Origin: a virus
Taxonomy: Duplodnaviria; Caudoviricetes
Virus record (IMG/VR): IMGVR_UViG_3300049436_000011
Location: 1-29,734 of that record
DNA: 29,734 nt
Reading direction: 5' to 3' (one strand)
Part shown: positions 1-9,076 of the stretch, piece by piece
Position numbering within the stretch: the stretch's first letter is position 1
Layout: every line of letters starts with the position of its first letter
Program-made: the position numbers and the translations under genes
Notes under the pieces: model-generated
Told to the model about the DNA's origin: nothing
Seen by the model: the letters and a program-made list of their open reading frames with translations, nothing else
Database searches by the model: none

Positions 1-53
1 CAACCGACATCAACGACCGGTACCGGAAGGGTAAATGTATATGCCCTATTACA

Positions 54-950
54 TTAATCGAAAACTGTGACTTCCACATTATCGTGATAGTTGAATATTG
101 AATCGTCGTAACTGAGCTCAAAGTATCCTGCAACGGCTTCCACCGACATATCGACCACCGAATAACTACCACCTGCCGGTTTATACCAGGCCTGGGTGAT
201 CTCCACGTCGATAACTCCTTCTGCCAGCTGGATTGCATCGGTAAGCTTCGACAGGCGAAGTATGCCATCAAACTCCAGGCTGTCACCAAAAGCTTTTATT
301 GCAAGTTCAACCGGGTTAATGGTGTTATTCCTGAGAAGATTGTTATTTGCGTCCAGAACCAACCGGTCGCGCACGATCGTGATGAATACCTTCAGCAGAT
401 CTGCCGGCTGAGAAACAACCTCGAGCTTTACTCCGGCATCCTTGTACTTTGACCAGAATTCCGTGAACGCTGATTTCTCGAGCGTGGACAGCGCCGTCTT
501 TGTTCCTCCAACATCCTTTGCTACCTTTAGAACTACTTTCCCGTTTTTCTCCGATGCGGCAGCGTACTTTACTATCCTTGAATTAGAGTCATCAGTGGCA
601 TACTGGAAACTATTATCGATCCAGCTCAGGGGATATCCGTACTGGAACTTCTTGGACTCTTCGGCATACCACCTCAGGGTATGAACACGCTTTGACTCCA
701 GCACCTCGGTCACATGAATCACATGGCGATCGAAAAGCACTTCAATAACCCATGAACCAACGGCAAAGATCCAGAGCCATAAGCGCCAAACGGCTACCTT
801 AGACTCCGACGTGATATCCATTGCCAAATCGATCGCATTATCCTGGACAGAACCAGGGACATCCTCATCTACCACATAGGTATTCAATTCCTCCATTGAG
901 GCCTTCGATGCATTGAGCGCGTCGTATATTTCAGAGATTTTCCGGGCCAT
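54..950 (-). CDS. Baseplate J-like (wedge) protein
   Basis: 298 aa; SKVAVWRLW, HTLRWY, KDAGV and LTDAIQLAEGVIDV motifs typical of Bacteroidota prophage baseplate-J-like proteins; position downstream of spike and wedge genes. Confidence 0.75.
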   Translation of the reverse strand: MARKISEIYDALNASKASMEELNTYVVDEDVPGSVQDNAIDLAMDITSESKVAVWRLWLWIFAVGSWVIEVLFDRHVIHVTEVLESKRVHTLRWYAEESKKFQYGYPLSWIDNSFQYATDDSNSRIVKYAAASEKNGKVVLKVAKDVGGTKTALSTLEKSAFTEFWSKYKDAGVKLEVVSQPADLLKVFITIVRDRLVLDANNNLLRNNTINPVELAIKAFGDSLEFDGILRLSKLTDAIQLAEGVIDVEITQAWYKPAGGSYSVVDMSVEAVAGYFELSYDDSIFNYHDNVEVTVFD

Positions 951-953
951 AGG

Positions 954-1532
954 TTACGTTTTCCAGGTTACTGACTTGAGTGTGCCCGTCGATGCGTCCG
1001 GCACTTCCACATGCAGCCTTACAAAGTCTGTGAGCAGGCCCACGATGTTAAATGTGTGGTTCGGTTTGTCCTTATCCAGCACCTGTGATGCGAACGGGAT
1101 CATGCTCCAGTTAACTCCATCCAGCGACTGATCAACCGAGACCACCACCGTATCGGTGTCGATATCCTCATACACGATCTGCACGCTGAGCATGTCATGC
1201 AAAAAGAACAATCTCACCGAGGCAAACATGTGGTCGCCCCCGGCGAGCGAATAATCAAGATCTTGTTTTTGTGTGTTCATGTCATTTTGTGTGACGATTG
1301 CTTCATAATCCAATCCGGATACCGGCTTTGTTTTGTTCTTTAAATAGTAATCAACCACTCTCGGACTGATCACGCTGGAGGGGATCCTCACCGGGTACGC
1401 GACGGGGATCGTCTGGTCCAGCTGCAGGTCCGGATTTACATCAAGAATATCAAACACGGCTTCCACCGATCCGATCTCCTGAAGGGCGATATCCCATATT
1501 GTCTGTCCGGATTCAGCCTTTACGATCTTCAT
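954..1532 (-). CDS. LysM/gpX-like baseplate protein with extra C-terminal beta-sandwich domain
   Basis: N-terminal GQTIWDIALQEIGSVEAVFDILDVNP is LysM/tail-X-like; C-terminal ~100 aa has SLDGVNW...FVRLHV. Confidence 0.7.
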   Translation of the reverse strand: MKIVKAESGQTIWDIALQEIGSVEAVFDILDVNPDLQLDQTIPVAYPVRIPSSVISPRVVDYYLKNKTKPVSGLDYEAIVTQNDMNTQKQDLDYSLAGGDHMFASVRLFFLHDMLSVQIVYEDIDTDTVVVSVDQSLDGVNWSMIPFASQVLDKDKPNHTFNIVGLLTDFVRLHVEVPDASTGTLKSVTWKT

Positions 1533-1816
1533 TTGTAGCTCGCGTTTATGTTGATACCACTGCCAATCGTAATCTTTGTCACGCTCATCTCGTCCAGGGT
1601 AAACTGCCTGCGGATCTTCCGGATCATCTCCGTGTTATCGGAGTCATTCAAAAATCCGTCAATACCAACTCCTGTGGTAGGAAATTGCTTGTACTCTCCC
1701 TCGTTGGCGTGCAGAAGATCGGTCTGGTGCTGCCTTGTGGATTCACCAATAACGAAATCTCCACCTTTGCAGGCGAGATCATTCGTTTCGGGGTCAAATA
1801 GGATATCTGTCGGCAT
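1529..1816 (-). CDS. Baseplate wedge subunit (gp25/GPW/gp46-like)
   Basis: 95 aa; GDFVIGES...GEYKQFPTTGVGI motif; baseplate synteny; overlaps neighbours. Confidence 0.7.
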   Translation of the reverse strand: MPTDILFDPETNDLACKGGDFVIGESTRQHQTDLLHANEGEYKQFPTTGVGIDGFLNDSDNTEMIRKIRRQFTLDEMSVTKITIGSGININASYK

Positions 1817-2034
1817 TAGCTGATCTCGTTTGTAAACACTCCGGCCACTGGACCACTTGGTGAGGTGAGCCCGGTTAAATATGTAATTGTCATTCCCTTG
1901 ACGTAAGTATCAACGGCATCTGATATACTACCGGCCAGTTCATCAAAGGCCGCATCTGGATCTCCAGTCTGCTCTTTTGCTTTCTGGAACGCCGCCTTTA
2001 TCGATTGTTTAAGTGTTACCTTATTCAGTGGCAT
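1816..2034 (-). CDS. Small baseplate-region hypothetical protein
   Basis: 72 aa, 1-nt overlaps with both neighbours (translational coupling); directly downstream of spike gene. Confidence 0.7.
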   Translation of the reverse strand: MPLNKVTLKQSIKAAFQKAKEQTGDPDAAFDELAGSISDAVDTYVKGMTITYLTGLTSPSGPVAGVFTNEIS

Positions 2035-2546
2035 TATATAAAGAGTTTAGGTAATCGTAAACCTATCTGTTGAAACTGTGGCAGGTTGATCGGCACCCCT
2101 GAGGGGCCTGTTCCTGTCGTTACGGTAATCTTCTGAATCTCCTTGATCAGATCCTCTATGAGCGTTTTCAAATCCTCCTGGCTATTCTTTAGCGTGTACT
2201 TTGCTCCCTCGAGGGAGATCTCTTTTGCTTTCCCGTCAATGGTCACCTTCACGTCACCGTGATTGTACAGGATCACCTCCGGATCATCCACCTTCACCAG
2301 GAACAGATCACGCAGGTCGCCATTGTTGCAGCCCACGATCACTTTTGAATTCTTGGTTGGCGTAATGGTCAACTTATCCGTTGATCCATCGTCTGTGGCC
2401 TTAATTCTTACATCCGTGAGCTCGAGCTCGGCGATCTTCACACTGCAGGTGTCACCGGTGATTTTTATCACTGTGGCATAAAAGAAGCAATCCCCCTTTT
2501 TGGAGATTGACCTAAGCATGTCGATGGCTCTTGCTTCCTTATCCAT
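2034..2546 (-). CDS. Baseplate spike / assembly protein (gpV/gp45-like)
   Basis: 170 aa; OB-fold-like N-terminus (ATVIKITGDTCSVK...PTKNSKVIV) and C-terminal VTTGTGPSGVPIN; follows hub gene. Confidence 0.7.
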   Translation of the reverse strand: MDKEARAIDMLRSISKKGDCFFYATVIKITGDTCSVKIAELELTDVRIKATDDGSTDKLTITPTKNSKVIVGCNNGDLRDLFLVKVDDPEVILYNHGDVKVTIDGKAKEISLEGAKYTLKNSQEDLKTLIEDLIKEIQKITVTTGTGPSGVPINLPQFQQIGLRLPKLFI

Positions 2547-3516
2547 TTGCGAGTTTTCTTCCTATCTGAACCTTCCGGGATCCTCCGGACTGTGAAAAAT
2601 TCGTCGTCACGGTAACCACGTAATAGGTCCCGGACTTGTATTCATAATCATCGTCGGTGATTTTAGCCGAGTATCCCGGATGCACCTCAGGAACGAGCCA
2701 GCTGGTGATGCTGCCCTCGTATCCGTCGAATACCAAGTACTTCAATTCTTCCTCTCCGCGTTTTTTTAAACTGGCAGCATCGGTCACTCCGGAGATCTTG
2801 ATCGTGCGTTTCTCTCCCCCGGTGGTTCCCAGGGTAACGACCGTGCGCTTACCGTCCGGACCGATCCCTTCAACTTCAACTTCATAACTGCGCTCATCGG
2901 CGCGACGGTACTGCAGGTCACTCTTTTCAATATTGATAGCGAAATCATACTTGACATCACCAAACTTTTCAATGTATGCCGGATGAAAGTGCAGCACCCG
3001 ATCTTTCATGTAGATGTTGCCTTTGGTTTCCTCCTGGAGCTTATTGAGCACGTCCCGGCCATTGGCCTTGCTTATCACAAACTTGTCATACTTGAGCTCG
3101 TAATCACATGAGAGGGACAACTTCTGATCTGCCGGCAATGACATGTTCACCTGGTCAATCACATATTGAGCAATATCTTTCGATGTACAGTTCTTCATTT
3201 CCTTATCCTTGACAGCTGCCCTGGTGAGGAAAATACCATCTTCACACTTGATTGTGATCGCTGCATCATCGGTTGCAATGCTCTCGATAAAACCTTTAAA
3301 TTCACTTTTAAGTGAATTGTCATACCCGAGCCAGATCTCCACGATGTCGCCGCGTTTGATCTTGGATTCAATCTCCAGCTGTTTATTAAGAGCAGATCCC
3401 GGGAGCTTGATTGTGGCCGTGTCCGACAACAGGTCAATTGACTCAATGATCTCTATCGAGTCAATGAGCTTTAACAGGTACTTTCCTAATTGGACCTTCC
3501 AGGACATGTCAAACAT
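2539..3516 (-). CDS. Baseplate hub / late control D (Mu gp44-like)
   Basis: 325 aa; DTATIKLP, IWLGY, EFKGFI, IKCEDG, GYEGSIT, GTYYV motifs; synteny. Confidence 0.8.
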   Translation of the reverse strand: MFDMSWKVQLGKYLLKLIDSIEIIESIDLLSDTATIKLPGSALNKQLEIESKIKRGDIVEIWLGYDNSLKSEFKGFIESIATDDAAITIKCEDGIFLTRAAVKDKEMKNCTSKDIAQYVIDQVNMSLPADQKLSLSCDYELKYDKFVISKANGRDVLNKLQEETKGNIYMKDRVLHFHPAYIEKFGDVKYDFAINIEKSDLQYRRADERSYEVEVEGIGPDGKRTVVTLGTTGGEKRTIKISGVTDAASLKKRGEEELKYLVFDGYEGSITSWLVPEVHPGYSAKITDDDYEYKSGTYYVVTVTTNFSQSGGSRKVQIGRKLANG

Positions 3517-4080
3517 TTAATTGGCAGTTAATGGTTTTACATCGTCAACGAGCAAATCAAAAAGATCATCGCTCAGTGCGGAGATGCTGAATCGTTGATT
3601 GGCCTCTCCCTTTGTGAAAGGGATATCCCAGGATACGATCGTGATGCGGGAAATGTCATGGATCAGGCACAGGTCGCACTCGATCTCCAGCGCTTCATGA
3701 GCCTCGCAAAACTCCCGGAGCTTCCTCACGTCCGCCTCCGGGTAAACATTCGCATTGTCCATGTTGATCATCACTCCCTCGATGTTCACCGTGTAATCAT
3801 CCTGCGACCATCTTTCCTTGATCGTGCCGCGACCTTTGCTTTTGGCAACCGTGCGCTTTGCAATGATATTACCGCCAGACAATGATACCAATGGCTCAAC
3901 CGGGAAGGTCCAGAAATCACCTCCAGGGACCCGGAGCTTCACCGGCATCACCATAGCATAACCGTTGGCGTTGGTTGGCTTATCATCCCAGGCATCTGCA
4001 GGACCTGATAGTTGAGTTACATCAGCATCCCTTGAGCTGTTAAGATTGATCCGTACCCGGTTGTTGTAATATCCTATCAT
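3517..4080 (-). CDS. DUF6046-like tail/baseplate protein (putative tube initiator)
   Basis: 187 aa; GRGTIKERWSQDDYTVNIEG and YPEADV motifs; directly after tape measure. Confidence 0.7.
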   Translation of the reverse strand: MIGYYNNRVRINLNSSRDADVTQLSGPADAWDDKPTNANGYAMVMPVKLRVPGGDFWTFPVEPLVSLSGGNIIAKRTVAKSKGRGTIKERWSQDDYTVNIEGVMINMDNANVYPEADVRKLREFCEAHEALEIECDLCLIHDISRITIVSWDIPFTKGEANQRFSISALSDDLFDLLVDDVKPLTAN

Positions 4081-6008
4081 GAGTTTGATTGTGCTAATGA
4101 TAGTACCCTGGTGAGCTGATCAAGGATCATCTCCTTCATCTGGTCAGCAGACTCTTTAAAGTTCCCGTTTCCGTTGATCGTGAGCGTTCCAACCAGATCC
4201 TTTAGCGTGATGGTGATATTGGTTGATTTGGATCCACCGGTGACAACCGACTCGGCAGTCTTTTTCCCTTCTTTGGTTGGTGCCGGAGCACTACCTCCTT
4301 TTGCACCCGGCAATCCCGGGGTATCAATAGCGGCCCCTGGCACATACGCCTGGGTACCGAATGCTCCATTGGGAGTTACATCGGCACCAGGTGCGCCGAC
4401 AAATGGAGACACGGCTCCACCAGACTTATCAGAAAATGCACCTTTGACAACATCCCTGGCGGCCATTGCCGCCTTTTGCACAGAACCGGCTCCGGAGAGA
4501 TCCATCGCGCCTTGTTTGGCATCTGCCCAGGCTCCCTTGAAATCACCAGAGAATAACTTTCCGATCGCAGAGCCCAGGGCACCGATCCCGGAGATAAGAC
4601 TATGCACCCGATCAATAACAAATTCTTTCAAAATGCTCCCGAATCCTTTGATTACCTCCCAGGTACCCTTCACTGCATTGCGGAAACCTTCAAACTTATT
4701 CCAGGCGAGTATAATCCCTCCAACCACAGCAACAATTGGCAAAGCATACATGGCTGCAGTCAAAGCCCAGGTTGCAGCGGTCCATAATCCAGTTGCTGCA
4801 GCTGCAAACCCCTCGGTTATTGTTGACCAGGATGCGGCAAGCGTAACCAGGCCAACAGCTAACTGAACTCCCATAAGAGCACCTTTGAATGCAGGCAGCG
4901 CTCCTTTTGTTAAATTGAAAATACTGATCCCCCAATCTTCCACTGCAGCTTTCATGCGTCCCATTTTCTCCTGGTAACTGCCCATGACGATATCAGCCTG
5001 TTCAGTCGCTGACTTGGTTCCGGATACAGCCCCGGTGAGTCTCTTGATCTCATCAGTACCACTCATGAGCGCAATGGCTGCATTCTGATTCTCCTTGCCA
5101 AAAAGCTTTGTCACCAGGGCAGCATCATTCATAATCGGTTTAAGGAGATTCAACCTTTCAGAAAATGAAAGGCTGGTATTGCCCAGACCCTGAAGATCCA
5201 CCCCGGCTTTTGTGAGTGCCTTCTGAGTTTCGGGAGGCAGGAACCGGCCTTCAGATAAAGTTGCCAGAACATTGCGGATGGCCACACCTCCTTCAGCACC
5301 TTTCTTGCCAGCCTTATCCATCACCTGGATCGATGCATTAAGTTCCTCGAATGAGATATTTGCCGCTTTTGCTGCCATCCCGGAGTTTTCCAAAGCGGCT
5401 TTAATTTGTGGCAATTCAGCGGATCCTTCTTTTGCAGCTGCAGCCATCACGTTCATCATGCTGGCCATCGTGCCTGCTGCTTTGGTCGGATCATCGAGGG
5501 CAACCTGGAACTGGTTCATGGCAGTGGTGAGTACTTCAGTGGCCCCGATGGTATCGCCGCCCATTGTCTTTGAAAGAACATTGACACTGTCCCCCATCGC
5601 CTTGAGCGCTGCAGGCGTGTTGGCAATTTCAGGACCAAGTTGGGAAAGGATAAGCTTGTACGATTCCACCCCCTTCGATGCGGATCCCCCGAAAGTCTTA
5701 GCAGACTCCCTGGCATATCCCTCAATCTGCTTGAGCTTATCTGCGGCAACTCCGGTTATGGCCTGCAGATCAGTTAAGGATGTATTGAGGTCAATACCGG
5801 GTTTGATAGCTGCATCCATCGCCGACGACATGTTGTCGATCGCACTTTTGATGTTGTTTGCAGCAAAGGCAGCTGCACCGATCTTCATAACAGCAGACTG
5901 CAGCGATGAAGTTGCCTTCGTCGCTGCAGCGGCTGATGTGTTAATGGAGTTGAAACCCTGGGCAGCATTTCCGGCAACGTTGATCGTATATGTCGTAGTG
6001 CTGTTCAT
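4077..6008 (-). CDS. Tail tape measure protein (TP901-family core)
   Basis: 643 aa Ala/Gly-rich helical protein; KGAEGGVAIRN and KLFGKEN motifs; hydrophobic central region; follows tail chaperone. Confidence 0.93.
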   Translation of the reverse strand: MNSTTTYTINVAGNAAQGFNSINTSAAAATKATSSLQSAVMKIGAAAFAANNIKSAIDNMSSAMDAAIKPGIDLNTSLTDLQAITGVAADKLKQIEGYARESAKTFGGSASKGVESYKLILSQLGPEIANTPAALKAMGDSVNVLSKTMGGDTIGATEVLTTAMNQFQVALDDPTKAAGTMASMMNVMAAAAKEGSAELPQIKAALENSGMAAKAANISFEELNASIQVMDKAGKKGAEGGVAIRNVLATLSEGRFLPPETQKALTKAGVDLQGLGNTSLSFSERLNLLKPIMNDAALVTKLFGKENQNAAIALMSGTDEIKRLTGAVSGTKSATEQADIVMGSYQEKMGRMKAAVEDWGISIFNLTKGALPAFKGALMGVQLAVGLVTLAASWSTITEGFAAAATGLWTAATWALTAAMYALPIVAVVGGIILAWNKFEGFRNAVKGTWEVIKGFGSILKEFVIDRVHSLISGIGALGSAIGKLFSGDFKGAWADAKQGAMDLSGAGSVQKAAMAARDVVKGAFSDKSGGAVSPFVGAPGADVTPNGAFGTQAYVPGAAIDTPGLPGAKGGSAPAPTKEGKKTAESVVTGGSKSTNITITLKDLVGTLTINGNGNFKESADQMKEMILDQLTRVLSLAQSNS

Positions 6009-6026
6009 TGTCGTCCCTGGAGTTTG

Positions 6027-6191
6027 CTATGAAGAATCTTTCTCTCTCTGCCTGATGTCTGCGAGTTGCTTGTATTTCTGCGCCCAGGCTTCGTCGGTTA
6101 AGGTGTCAGGATCTATTCTGAGATAGTATTCCATCATGGTGTTGATATATCCTATCGGGTTCGCTTCAAAAGATCCCTGGGCTTTTTCTAA
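6027..6191 (-). CDS. Tail assembly chaperone C-terminal extension (gpT-like), reached by -1 frameshift
   Basis: Not in ORF track. -1 frame after G_GAT_TTT is open for 54 codons (LEKAQGSFEANPIGYINTMMEYYLRIDPDTLTDEAWAQKYKQLADIRQREKDSS) to TAG at 6027-6029, filling the chaperone-TMP gap. Confidence 0.8.
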   Translation of the reverse strand, partial: LEKAQGSFEANPIGYINTMMEYYLRIDPDTLTDEAWAQKYKQLADIRQREKDSS

Positions 6192-6487
6192 AAATCCTCG
6201 ACTTCGCCGGTTTTCTCAGTGATCATCTTGGGGAGCTCTTTCGAGATCCAAAAGAAAAACCGATCGTTCTTTTGGAACTCCTCAGATCCTCCGAGCCAGA
6301 TTGTTTTGAGCAAATGCGCATTACTCTTTATGCCATCGGTGATGGTCTGCGCATACGAAACCTCTGTCCGGGTGGGAAATCGTAAATAGGCGGCGTGTCC
6401 GTCGCAAATAAACTTCTTACCCCCGTTAAACTTCTTTTTCCACTCGGCCAGTTGTTCAGGCGTGGCCTCGCCGATTAACGTCTTCAT
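6188..6487 (-). CDS. Tail assembly chaperone (gpG-like)
   Basis: 99 aa between tube and tape measure; EQLAEWKKK and WLGGSEE motifs; ends on a slippery heptamer. Confidence 0.8.
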   Translation of the reverse strand: MKTLIGEATPEQLAEWKKKFNGGKKFICDGHAAYLRFPTRTEVSYAQTITDGIKSNAHLLKTIWLGGSEEFQKNDRFFFWISKELPKMITEKTGEVEDF

Positions 6488-6489
6488 GA

Positions 6490-6903
6490 TTATGCGATTT
6501 GGTTAAGTTTACGAAGGGCTATAAACGGGAGAGATGTTTCCATAAATTTCTCACCCTGCTTCATTCCTTTGGTCGATTCAGTGAACTGCATGCCGATCAT
6601 TTTGTCAGTGATCAGCGTGTCACCATTACTGGCATTGCCGTAAGTGATCACTGCATCTGTTACAAGATTCAGCACGGATCCATTACCGGCTGCAGTGAGA
6701 ACTTCGAGCTCACTCTGGGTAAGGGTGATCTCACCCTCGTAGCTCACATTCCCACTCTGAATGGAGTGCGGATGTCGTCCCTTCGCGTACAAGGGCTCAC
6801 GTTCAATCTTTTCGGTGTATTTGATACCCCGGATACCGGTGACATCTTTATTTCCGAGAAAAATGGTAATGTCTGCGAATTCGTATTCTTTACTGTTGAA
6901 CAT
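6490..6903 (-). CDS. Tail tube protein
   Basis: 137 aa; MFNSKEYEFADIT, GIRGIKY, SIQSGNVSYEGEITL, KGMKQGEKFME; between sheath and chaperone. Confidence 0.85.
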   Translation of the reverse strand: MFNSKEYEFADITIFLGNKDVTGIRGIKYTEKIEREPLYAKGRHPHSIQSGNVSYEGEITLTQSELEVLTAAGNGSVLNLVTDAVITYGNASNGDTLITDKMIGMQFTESTKGMKQGEKFMETSLPFIALRKLNQIA

Positions 6904-6923
6904 GATGACAGGTTGTTAAGTGA

Positions 6924-7373
6924 CTACTTTTTCTTGTACAGGTATCCCAGGAAGCGCACGGTACCGGTTGCGTAATGTGTAACCGCGTACCTGTAATATG
7001 GCAATAGCAGTGGCGTGGAGATGTTCCAGGTCATGCCGGCATCGGTGGTCGTCATCCGGAACGTTTTAAAGTCAGTTGGCGCGGCTGCGGTACTGATGAT
7101 CGTATTGGCATACAGCGTAGAGCTCAGCGTGATCCACACCGAGTTATCCATAGATCCCTGAAGCATGACATAGGTGCTGTCTGTGGATCCGGTGATATGG
7201 TCAACCCAGCACTGGAACGCTCCATAAGTGAGCGCAGGCTGCACAGCTGCAGGATAATACTTGGTTTGCGCGTTGGTGATCGTATCCGTATAATTGGCCA
7301 TCACTACACGCTGCGCGAAGGATGATGCTGTCAGGAGCATCACAAAATAGGCTATTACGATGATTTTTTTCAT
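6924..7373 (-). CDS. Signal-peptide-bearing beta-rich hypothetical protein
   Basis: ORF track starts at 7466 inside the sheath gene; ATG at 7373 gives MKKIIVIAYFVMLLTASSFA-Q, a typical Sec/SPI signal; 149 aa. Confidence 0.75.
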   Translation of the reverse strand: MKKIIVIAYFVMLLTASSFAQRVVMANYTDTITNAQTKYYPAAVQPALTYGAFQCWVDHITGSTDSTYVMLQGSMDNSVWITLSSTLYANTIISTAAAPTDFKTFRMTTTDAGMTWNISTPLLLPYYRYAVTHYATGTVRFLGYLYKKK

Positions 7374-7398
7374 GATTGAAATGAGAGTTAAATGAATA

Positions 7399-8595
7399 TT
7401 AAACGTTGACTGTTTTGAAGCCCAGGTACACGTCGATGTAACGGCCATATCCGAACGGACGAACACGGACCTGAACTTTTACAAGGGAAGTACTCACGAC
7501 GTTCTGAGTCGGATCGATGTAACACTCTACACCGCGATCCTTCGGGTTGGTTACATCAGCTGACAGTTCACCATTGGCCGTCATCTGGTTTGCAATCGCA
7601 TTTTCAACCAGTCCCTGCCAGCTCTTGATCATGGTGAGCTGCATGGTCCCGTCTTCATTCACCGGGATCTCGTCGAGTAACTGCTCGAGCATGGTATCGT
7701 AGGCAATGCGGTAAGCTTTGTCGATCGTCCGGCGTGCGGTGATCGAGCGGTAATCGTCAGACACTTTCGTGGCCAGGCTATCATCAGTAAAGAAGTAACC
7801 GGCACGACCAACGAAGGTTCTCAGGGTGATATACCCTTTATCGTGAATACTTTCAACATCGGCCAGCTCTACGGCTTTGTTTCCGATGTATGCAACAAGG
7901 GTAGGCAATGCGCCATCCTTTACCCGTCCGATGTTTCTCTGGACCGGGTTCACTGCAATACGGGCGGCAAGAAGTCCCATGCAGGCGTTCTTTGAATCGC
8001 TCACTGTATCACCGATCAGCACACCTGCCCGGTTGTATTCGGTAAGCGTAAGGTCACTCAGATCTGCCGGGGTTCCACTGTAGGAACGTCCCTCGATCAG
8101 GACAAACACAGGAGCAAAGCGTGAAACTGCAGCCCATTCTCCCAGGGCCTGAGCCTTGATCAGGGCGGCTGCAACATCATCATCCAGTCCGTGGGTGATC
8201 GTTGGTACATATGCGCCGGCAGGGGTACGGGAAACGATGATTCCACGAACACGACCATTGCTTGCAATGATCAGTGTTTTTGCGTAAGCTTCATCCTTAT
8301 CGCACATGGTGGCCATGCTCACCGTGTTGGCACATCCCAGGAGCCAGAGCTCGGTACCTTCCGGAGCCATGTCGTAAAACTCGCCAACCTGCTTAACGAT
8401 GTTCGCATTGTTGACCGTGGTGATCCCCAGGGTGGTTTCCAGATCGGCGAACTTGCGGATCTGGTAGGCTGTGCCCAGGACAAACTTGCCAGCTACGGCA
8501 GCGCCGGTGAGCACCATGCCCAAAACGCCATCAGGACTCGGTACAACCGAACCCAAAGCGCCGTTTTCAAAAAAGATCTTAACGCGTGGTAACAT
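7399..8595 (-). CDS. Tail sheath protein (DUF2586-like)
   Basis: 398 aa; MLPRVKIFFENGALG start, RNIGRVKDG, HDKGYI, RRTIDKAYR, VRPFGYGRYIDVYLGF. Confidence 0.85.
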   Translation of the reverse strand: MLPRVKIFFENGALGSVVPSPDGVLGMVLTGAAVAGKFVLGTAYQIRKFADLETTLGITTVNNANIVKQVGEFYDMAPEGTELWLLGCANTVSMATMCDKDEAYAKTLIIASNGRVRGIIVSRTPAGAYVPTITHGLDDDVAAALIKAQALGEWAAVSRFAPVFVLIEGRSYSGTPADLSDLTLTEYNRAGVLIGDTVSDSKNACMGLLAARIAVNPVQRNIGRVKDGALPTLVAYIGNKAVELADVESIHDKGYITLRTFVGRAGYFFTDDSLATKVSDDYRSITARRTIDKAYRIAYDTMLEQLLDEIPVNEDGTMQLTMIKSWQGLVENAIANQMTANGELSADVTNPKDRGVECYIDPTQNVVSTSLVKVQVRVRPFGYGRYIDVYLGFKTVNV

Positions 8596-9074
8596 TACTG
8601 GATCTCCCTTCTTTCGATGGTGGTTACTTCCTGAGACTCTAAACTCCCAGCGTGAATATGGGCATACTGCGGTTCAAGGAATGCCGTGACGTCCTGAGTC
8701 ATATACAGCACATCAACTGAATGGTTTTTAAAGACCTCCTTTGCACGTTTTTTCATGGCCTCATCCAGTCGCTTCTTTTTGAGATCTGCAGCTACCTTGT
8801 CAACTGCAGTTGCGATACCCTTCATGGTTTTAACAACCTCTTTCAGGGTAACCTTCTCGGTTTGCACAGTACCAGCATCTCCAGCCGGTTCGATGGTTTC
8901 TCCAGCTGCAGCATCTGATTCCACAGGAGCGGTGATCTCATCTTCAACAGGAGCATCGGTCCCGGGTACCTGGGTTTCATCAGCTGCAGGAACGGTTGCT
9001 CCCACTTCCGGTGTATTAACCTTCTTTGCCTGTGGCTTTTTGGCCTCTTTTGCAGGCTCTTTTTTCGTTGACAT
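8595..9074 (-). CDS. Hypothetical protein with low-complexity acidic/Pro/Ala N-terminus
   Basis: 159 aa ORF coupled to the sheath start (1-nt overlap). Confidence 0.7.
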   Translation of the reverse strand: MSTKKEPAKEAKKPQAKKVNTPEVGATVPAADETQVPGTDAPVEDEITAPVESDAAAGETIEPAGDAGTVQTEKVTLKEVVKTMKGIATAVDKVAADLKKKRLDEAMKKRAKEVFKNHSVDVLYMTQDVTAFLEPQYAHIHAGSLESQEVTTIERREIQ

Positions 9075-9076
9075 GA

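Noticed and set aside
1-56. ATG-TAA-TAG overlapping the baseplate J stop and an open frame continuing past that stop (possible read-through or broken next gene)
   Set aside because: Only 53 nt are visible; an ATG at 10 could be the ordinary next start. Cannot be resolved in this window.
4174-6126. Long + strand ORFs of 230 aa and 284 aa
   Set aside because: Antisense shadows of the Ala/Gly-rich tape measure gene; no motifs or promoter context.
7374-7466. N-terminal extension of the 180-aa ORF in the track
   Set aside because: Overlaps the sheath 3' end; ATG at 7373 gives a clean signal peptide after an A-rich leader.
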